Below, one piece after another: positions 55,605-64,000 of a DNA stretch of 64,000 nt. Both the position numbers and the translations under genes were made by a program. Origin of the DNA: Eledone cirrhosa (lineage: Eukaryota); NCBI GenBank assembly GCA_964016885.1, contig OZ024740.1, positions 424,266,001 to 424,330,000 of the forward strand, given 5' to 3'. The notes under the pieces are model-generated. The model was not told where the DNA came from. It was given only the letters and a program-made list of their open reading frames with translations, and ran no database searches. Position 1 is the first letter of the stretch; every line of letters begins with the position of its first letter.

Positions 55605-56617
55605 GTTTCTTTATTAGCCACAGGGGCACAAAAGAAGAGGACAAATACAAATGGGGAAGTTTACATACAATAAAAACGTAAAATATTATCACAAATGTAA
55701 TTTAAAAATTAGTCGATTTTCCCCAATAGGCGGAGATAGTTCATATGGGTAACACATACTCCCGAAAAAAATGTGCAACTCTCATCTCCAGGAGTACGAA
55801 GAGTTTGTACCCCTTGCCTCTCCTCCTCTTTTTCCTCAACCTACAGGCTGATATAGAGAGAAGGCCCATTCACTCGGGCCATTCTCGCCACTTTCACCCA
55901 CCTTTCATAAAACTTGCTGGGGTACAGCACCTCTCTCTCCATCCTGATTCTTCTTCCAAAGTGGTATTTGAAAAAAAGAATCAGTTGTTGGCCGGAGAGA
56001 AAGGTGCCCGACTTCAGCCCTTTCAACCTTGTCCGTCATACAACCTCTTTCGCCATAGCTATCACACAAAGTAAAACCGCCTCTCCTTCGATAAACAAAT
56101 AAATAGATATATTTCTTTATTAGCCACAGGGGCACAAAAGAAGGGGACAAATACAAAGGGGGAAGTTTACATACAATAAAAACGTGTAAAATGTTATCAC
56201 AGATGGAATTTAAAAGTTAGTCGATTTTCCCCAATAGAGGGAGACAGTTTATATGGGTAACACAGACCCCCGAAAAAAATGTGCAACCCTCATCTCCAGG
56301 AGTACGAAGAGCTTGTACTCCTTTCCTCTCCTCCTCCTTTTCCTCAACCTACAGGCTGATATAGAGAGAAGGCCCATTCACTCGGGCCATTCTCGCCACT
56401 TTCACCCACCTTTCATAAAACTTGCTGGGGTACAGCACCTCTCTCTCCATCCTGATTCTTCTTCCAAAGTGGTATTTGAAAAAAAGAATCAGTTGTTGGC
56501 CGGAGAGAAAGGTGCCCGACTTCAGCCCTTTCAACCTTGTCCGTCATACAACCTCTTTCGCCATAGCTATCACACAAAGTAAAACCGCCTCTCCTTCGAT
56601 AAACAAATAAATAGATA
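55605..56617 (-). mobile_element. Tandem pair (period ~508 bp) of Tx1/L1-like LINE 3' ends within a (GATA)n tract
   Basis: Minus strand AMAKEVV*RTRLKG...FYERWV...SL*, 3' UTR ending ggctaataaaga; ORF-track duplicates at 55745 and 56253. Confidence 0.65.
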
Positions 56618-57334
56618 GATAGCTAAATAGAAAGAATGATCGATAGACAAATAAATATATAAAAAGAATGAGATAGATAGAAAGAAAGAATGATAGATAG
56701 ACAAATAGATAGATAGATGGTGAGACGAACGGAAAGATAGATTAGCTAGAAAAAATAATAGATATATGAATAAATTGAAATATACCGAATAATTTAAATT
56801 TTATTTATTTATATTAAAAAAAGACATCGCTAGCAGGGAAACGAACGATAAATGATGATGATGATGATGATGTATATATAAACACAATTTTGTAATGAAT
56901 ATGATTTATGAAAGAAACAATTCACTGTGAAAGTTCATTGGAAAATATGAATTATGAAAAAGAAAAAAAGAAGTCATGAGAAAAAGTTTGAGTAAGAAAT
57001 AAGGGAGGATAGAGGGCGGGAGTGATATGTATAAATGTTTGTTGATGAATGGAGAAGTGTGGTGTTTATAAAACTGTGAAAGACGTCAACACTAGAGATT
57101 GAAAAAATGGAAATGGAAAATGGGAAGTTATCAATAACACTACTGCGCATGCGTTACCGGTAGTCAAGACAGTAACTTCACCTATAATATTACTAGTGTG
57201 TGTGCATATGATATATGCATATGTATACAGGGTTTTCCCCAAAAATGTGTATGTATGCACACATCAATTTTAAATTGTCCATAATCTTGACTTTCAAGAG
57301 AAGTAATCCTAAAATTCATCATATACAAAAAAAA

Positions 57335-57368
<34 letters not shown>

Positions 57369-57864
57369 TATTCACACACACACACACACACGCGCGGGTT
57401 ATATGAATGTATACACATTGATTTTGTGTGTGCATTTGTGCTCGAAGTCCACACTAAAAAATAGTGCTACCTAGATGAACTCATGATAGTGGATGTGGGT
57501 CTACGAAAAGTAAAGTGGAAAAGGGGAGTTGTTAGCTCAACTGTGGGCAGTAGTGAGAGTTTGGCCTTGAGTGCTGAAGATCTACAATAGCTGGGTAAAA
57601 ACATGAAGTGAACAGAGCATGTTCTACTGGATGTAATGTTAAGTGTGTATGAATGAAGAAGTATGAATGAGTTGAGAGGGAAAATGGTACCACAATAAAA
57701 TACATCTAGTACATACTGCTGGTATCACCATATAATATAACCCCATAAAGAAGTACCACAAATGCCCCTAGTCCATGCTGTAAAGTAGTAGTACTGGTGC
57801 CATGATAAAATGCACCCAATACATGCAACCAAAATGGGATGTATGGGCAAGACATGAGATCAAC

Positions 57865-59200
57865 CATGGAAGTTGACATCAATATGGTTTACAAAGAGAT
57901 TAAGGATATAAAGGTAGAGAAGACACCTGGATCCACTGGTATAGCTGTAGAGATGCTAAAATTATCCAGCATAGTCTGGTACAAGCTTGCCAGGTACATA
58001 ATCAATCAAGTAGTAGAGGTGGGTGTCATTCCCAATGACTGGCACAGCAGTATCATTGTCAACTCCTATAAGAGCAAAAGAGATGTATTGAACAGGTGCA
58101 ACCAGCAAGGTGAGAGTCCACCATGGGTCAGACTGGCACTATTGTATAAAAGGAAGGCTCATCAAGCTGGTGCTTATCCCAGTTTCCATGGTGACAGAGT
58201 ACAAGTGACAGAGTACAAGACTCACTCATGGACAGGACGCCAGTCCATCGCAGGATTAAACCCCCAGCTATTGCTGGTACTAATTTTCAGCTGAGTATAC
58301 TGGAGCAATGTGAAACAAAATGTTTTGTTCAAGTAATGTAACACAACCCAGTCCAAAAATCGAACCCACAATATTATGATTGAAAGTTCCACACTCTTAC
58401 CACTAGGCAACTCACCTCCACTGTATGGTGATAGTCTAATCTTTATAATTTAATCCACGGAAGAGTTATAGGCGAAATTCTGGACATGAAAACCAAACCT
58501 AGGATTGAAATACTAAAAAATTAACATAGCAAAAGCTAAAGTCCTGATAAGTAGGAAATAAAACAGAAACCTTAAACCACCAGGGAAATGGTATTGTTTG
58601 ATATGTCAAAATAGGGTGGACAGAAATTTTATAAAATGCACACAGTGTAATCTATGAATGCACAAGAGATGTATTGAGATTACAGGCAGGGTAACTGAGA
58701 ATAGAGACATTGTATGTGTTAGGTGCACAAGAGAAGTAAGTACTAAGAGCACACAAAATAGATTGCCTCAATTTATCTGGGAGACTCCCTAAAAGTTGTT
58801 GACAATGAAGGGTGGACTGTATGATGCCTGTGTACAAACCACAGCACTGCATGTCAGTGAGACGTAGGCTTTAATTGCATAAGTCCTGTGGAGGCTAGAA
58901 AGAAATGAAGCAGGCATACTCCACTGAATGTGCAGTATTAGTGTGCATGAATAGCATAGCATAAGCTGATAGAAAAACTCTGTATAAGAAGTGGGGGGGG
59001 CAATGCAGTGTACATGGGAGAAGACTGTATTATTATGCACATGTGATGTGTATGGAAGATGACAGCTGTATAAAGAAATGCAGATAAGTCTAAGTGGATG
59101 GGACTTGTGGGAGAAGTAGATCTAGGAAGACAGGGGATGAAATGGTGAAGACAAACGTTAGAAAGCTGAATGTCACAACAGAGGTGACAAAAGACACCAG
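57865..59200 (+). mobile_element. Heavily decayed PHD-bearing RTE, interrupted by a SINE at ~58145-58420
   Basis: PGSTGIAVEMLK, IPNDWHSSIIVNSYKSK, eroded C4HC3 finger at ~58590-58730, GGLYDACV, RLERNEA. Confidence 0.8.
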
Positions 59201-60258
59201 GTAGGGGAGAAGTCTTGCCTGCCAGCAGAAAAATGTCACCTGACCCCTTTCTTAACCAATGTTGTTCCTTAGCAACACTTCTTCCTACCCACGATCACCT
59301 CACCCATCCTCATCTCATCATCTCTCTCTGTCAGACTCCACTGCACTTGTCTTACATGCATTACATACTTTCTCCCCCCATCACTCCCCTTCCCCACCAT
59401 TATCATTTACCAATGATATCTTTCTCACCTCCAACATCCATGGCCGTAAGTAACATGTGGTGGTAAATAAATATATACATATACACAGGTCCGAACACAA
59501 AGGAACCAAACTCCCACTGTTGCTGCTTCCGTCTCTCCACTCTCCCCATCTCGCAGCCTGAGAGAATAGAGAAGGCATTTCTCCGAAGGATGGTGAGGGA
59601 GACATGCAGGAAGAGCCATTCCAGCTTGTGAGGCTCACACCTGTGGGTAGCCGACAACCCTATATATCACTCCATAGAGGAGGAAGACCTCACAAGCCAC
59701 AAAAAAGACAACCACTTTAGTGTTGGTGATTAACATGTTAAATACACCTATTATACTCTGTAAAGTGGTTGGTAATAGGAAGGGCAGTCAGCTATAGAAA
59801 ACCTGCAAAACAAAGAGTTGGGAGGAGGCTTTAGTTGTGTCAAAGACATGACAACCTCACAAGGGTTGTTGCTGGGGAAAATATGCACCCGGTGCACTCT
59901 GTAGTGTGCAGGTACATATGTAAGCTAGATGCAAGCCGCTGGCCTGTCTCAGAGGTCTGGGAGTCCTATTAAGTATGAATCATCAAACACACATTACATA
60001 CATACATATATACATACACACATTATATATATTTAAAGATTTAGTTTTGTGTATAATAATAATTAATTGCTTATATGACAAGTATTTTGTTTTTTCTGTA
60101 ATATTCTTGTATAAGTGAGTTCAGGAAAAGGTTTATTTTTTAAAATCTTACTTTTATTGAGCTTTTACAGAACAACAAAGGGCGGAAGAACTCATAAGAG
60201 TCAACGGCCATCCAAAATTGTGTAATGTATGTGTATGTATATGCGTGTGTATATGCCT

Positions 60259-60435
60259 GGGGTGTCAGGGAGGGCCATGTACCTCTAGGGAGGCCATGCC
60301 CTTTTCAGGACAGCTCGTACTGCATTGGGTCCCACCTGACACTCAGCTCTCACCTGTGGCCCCAAGAAGCTGTAGCATGCGACAGCGGCCACACCCCGGT
60401 AAACCGCCTTGGCTGGCGGGCCGAAACAGGTTGAG
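60259..60435 (+). ncRNA. HDV-like self-cleaving ribozyme fold (L3-expanded variant)
   Basis: P1 GGGGUGU 60259-65/ACACCCC 60391-97; P2 ACCUGU 60352-57/ACAGGU 60426-31; P3 GGC/GCC; P1.1 CC/GG; P4 CCGCC/GGCGG; J4/2 CGAA. Confidence 0.65.
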
Positions 60436-60968
60436 GGTAGCCGGACGGGTCTGAAACCCCCCAGTGAGTTAGATAGGGGATGCCTGCCCCTGCATGCGAA
60501 GACTAGACCCGGCGGAGTTAGTGGAGGAGGACAACATCGTCCCAACGGTCGCAAAGGCGGCGACAGCAAGCGGTGTGGGGCGCTAGGGCACGGCAAGGCG
60601 CTAGGGCACGGCAAGGCACTACAGACGTCGTGGCCATCCACTGCAGCCAAGGATGTCCCTGGTGGTGACGGTCCTCCGTACCACCGGATTCTGGCTTCTG
60701 CGGCCGAGTGAATTGGACCGTTACTGTGTACTGGCCCTCCCACTATAAACCTTTCCCGCACAGGTTTCTTCTTTAGCGTGCACTCTCAAAGCCCTGCAGC
60801 GATGGGCGAGAGGTGGACGTGACAGCTGGAGGCAACCTATGGGAGTTGCCAGTCTGACTCCGGTCTCTTCCCCTGTCCCCACTGTCCCCGGACCTGCAAG
60901 TCAAGGATCGGCCTCCACAGCCACCTTCGTGCCCACGGGAACAACAATAAAGAAGATATCATCATCGT
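60259..60968 (+). mobile_element. Bipartite non-autonomous RTE (BovB/RTE-1-like) derivative: GC-rich 5' UTR fused to the extreme 3' end
   Basis: 3' part encodes FPCPHCPRTCKSRIGLHSHLRAH (RTE C-terminal C2H2-like motif), then atcatcatc; no EN/RT between; microsatellite flanks. Confidence 0.7.
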
Positions 60969-61667
60969 AACACACACACATATATATAAACAACCCCAAT
61001 GCTGATGTTACGTAGAAACCAATCCAAGATAGAGAGAACGAACAAAAGAGGTGGCCTTTTGACCAATCTACCACCTAACCCAAGCAAGCATGGAAAATAA
61101 AATAGACGTAAATCGGTGATGATGATGATTATTCCATCTTGAGAGGACAGTAACTCCGATTAAAAATACTGACTTTAAATATTCGTTCAACTCTTGCTGG
61201 CATGGAAAAACGAACGTTAAATGATGACGATAGCAGTAGCGATGACGATGGTGGTGGTGGTGGTGCCGATGATGATGGAGGTGGTGATGGTGATGATGGT
61301 GACGGGGGCGGTGATGATGCTAGTGGTGAATGTGATTATCTACACATATGAGAAAGAGAGAGCGGTGTGTGAAGAGAGGGGGCAACACCTCCATACGTTC
61401 ATAAATTCATCTAATCAAACGTATAATCGGCGTATATAAATATAAAGAGAATATCTTAAATGTATGACACACAAAGACTTCTCTCAGTCACTATACGACA
61501 AAGGAGTTATCTCCACCTAGACTGGGCAAGTTGAAAACAGCTTAACGAGAGAGAGGGAGGGAGAGAGCAAAAAAGAAAGTGAGGAGGAGAGAAAGAAAGA
61601 AATTAGGAGATAAAGACAAAAAGAGAGAAACTAAATTAAGAGAAAGAGAGGGTATGAGCAAGACAAA

Positions 61668-61701
<34 letters not shown>

Positions 61702-62347
61702 ACGTGAGGGTGTAAGCGAGAGAGAAAGAGAAAGCTAGGGAAAGAGAGAGGGTGTGTGCAAGAGAGAGAGAGAGAAAGAAAGAAAGCGAGCCATTCCTAC
61801 TGCTAGCAGTAAGAAGGATTTCTGTAAACAAGGAAGGTGCAAGTTGTGGAGTGTCGTAGTACATGGAGAAAATAGCCGTTTAGTTAGTTGGCTGGTTGCT
61901 TGGGTGAACGATAACGACAATGATAAATTTTTGTTGCTTTCTCTTTCTACTTTGGTTGAGGATGAATTTCTAAAAATAACGTCGGTTGTCGGTCGGTCGG
62001 GCAATATTTGAAAACAAGAATGACAACCCAGGCGATATGACAATGAAACTAAAGGGAGATGGAAGTAGATTGAGGAACAAAATAACTAACGACTCCCATG
62101 TCATCAGCTTCTCGACACACACACAGAGGCTACATAGAAAATAAAAGAGCAATATATCCGAATGTGTGTGTGTGTGTGAGTTTGGTGTGTGCATTTAAAT
62201 TGAAACAGAGAACAAAGAACTATAGCATATATATATATATATATATACATACGTACACAGGGTGTTAAAAAAATGTATACACACTTACCTGTACAGGCAA
62301 TGTTTATTAGAATGCTGTTGAAGTGTGTATATAATTTTGGGGAAAAA

Positions 62348-62396
<49 letters not shown>

Positions 62397-62678
62397 TGCT
62401 TATAATATACGAATTTCTTTAAATACATATGAGAATGCGTATATATTTACACACACTCAGTGGTATATTTTGTGGGGGAAATGTGTGCGTATATGTATGT
62501 ACGAATTTGTTTTAAACACGTAGCTTCATATATTGTAGAATATAAGTATGTGTATATATTTACAAACACACATACAGGTATATAGCAGTCACGGGCAAAG
62601 TGCGCCCTGTTTAGGTCTCTGAATAGCACACAATTTCAAAATTGCCTTCTATTTTGGGGTAGTGCAGTCCACATCCTA

Positions 62679-62717
<39 letters not shown>

Positions 62718-62845
62718 ATTGTTTCTACTTTTGGCACAAGGCCAGCAATTATCCCAGTGTATTACTGGTAATTTATTTTAACCTCGGCGGGAATATAATA
62801 TAAATACATGCACACACGTATATATATGTATATACATACAATATA

Positions 62846-63011
62846 GAGGGTGGGCCAGAATTCATGACTCACTTGATTATTGATAGAATATTTATAAATA
62901 AAAGACCTGTGAGGCATATTAAGAAATAAAATAATTTAAAACAATACGATAACAATAAAATAAGCATGTTAAGAAATATAACTAACAAGCGAGTCATGAA
63001 TTCTGGCCCAC
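62846..63011. mobile_element. Tc1/mariner-type MITE
   Basis: 26-bp TIRs gtgggccagaattcatgactcacttg / caagcgagtcatgaattctggcccac, AT-rich interior, TA context. Confidence 0.8.
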
Positions 63012-63108
63012 GTATATATATATATATACACACACACACAAATATACATTATACATGATGTATATATATATGTGTACATATACATACACATATTCCTTGT
63101 ACGACAAC

Positions 63109-63418
63109 TACACCCCCACCCCATCCACGCCGCCCCTTTCAATGTAAAGTTATGTTGGTGCCGAAACAAATGAGATCGTGTAGGTGTCACGACAAAAAAA
63201 CACAGTCCACGCTGTAATGTGGCCGTGTAGGGAACACGGTAAAAACCTCCCAGTCCCACACTGTAAACGTGGTTGGTGTTAGGAAGGGCATCCAGCTGTA
63301 GAAAACCCGCCAGACAGTCCTATGCGAGCAAGACAACCACTCTTGCCTCAAGTGGGAAAACTCCCGTTCAAACCCATGCAAGCGTGGAAGATGGACGTTA
63401 AACGATGATGATGATGAT
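63109..63418 (+). mobile_element. RTE subfamily A 3' UTR-only insertion
   Basis: Colinear with 22520-22845, with a small deletion. Confidence 0.9.
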
Positions 63419-64000
63419 ATATATACATATAATATATATATATACATATAATATATATATATATACATATAATATATACATATACATATAATATATATAT
63501 ATATATACATATAATATATACATATATACATATAATATATACATATATACATATAATATATACATATATACATATAATATATACATATATACATATAATA
63601 TATACATATATACATATAATATATACATATATACATATAATATATACATATATACATATAATATATACATATAATATATACATATATACATATAATATAT
63701 ACATATACATATAATATATACATATACATATAATATATATATATACATATAATATATATATATATATACATATAATATATATATATATATACATATAATA
63801 TATATATATATATACATATAATATATATATATACATATAATATATATATATATATACATATAATATATATATATATATACATATAATATATATATATATA
63901 TACATATAATATATATATATATATACATATAATATATATATATATATACATATAATATATATATATATATACATATAATATACATATATATATACATATA
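63419..64000. repeat. TA-rich satellite with higher-order unit [catataa(ta)n]
   Basis: Recurring acatataatat anchor. Confidence 0.9.

Noticed and set aside
59515-59660. Second HDV-like ribozyme (CCGAA-ggatgg / ccatct; shares gggtagccg with 60.4k)
   Set aside because: P3/L3/P1.1 cannot be built; possibly an eroded RTE 5' UTR
60285-60761. GC-rich 158-aa and 100-aa ORFs as a host gene
   Set aside because: They lie within a retroelement 5' region; the open frames are explained by high GC content
62258-62350. Small Tc1-like MITE
   Set aside because: Inverted ends are too degenerate and largely microsatellite-like to support a call

Overview
Eukaryotic, AT-rich, repeat-dominated intronic/intergenic DNA. 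The mix of RTE LINEs, tRNA-derived SINEs and very long (TA)n/(TACA)n tracts suggests a coleoid cephalopod, probably Octopus (inference). No intact protein-coding gene is supported; there is one weak candidate terminal exon at 5261-5313 (-). The window holds at least three subfamilies of RTE-clade non-LTR retrotransposons whose RT carries an inserted PHD-type C4HC3 finger, including a near-full-length copy at ~19.2-22.8 kb disabled by two visible lesions. It also holds two SINE families, a DD37D (maT) Tc1/mariner relic, piggyBac- and mariner-type MITEs, a duplicated Tx1/L1-like 3' end, and mini- and microsatellites. The most interesting signals are RNA structures read by eye, none computed or tested. 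(1) An HDV-like ribozyme fold with a hairpin inserted in L3 begins at the 5' boundary of a bipartite RTE derivative (60259). (2) Small 'fold-back arm + tail' Penelope-like elements sit in TA tracts, and intact minimal type-I hammerhead cores occur at 5880-5950 (+) and 27472-27537 (-). (3) The RTE 3' UTR contains a tandem array of GNRA-hairpin + H-type pseudoknot modules with compensatory changes, and a SINE carries part of it.
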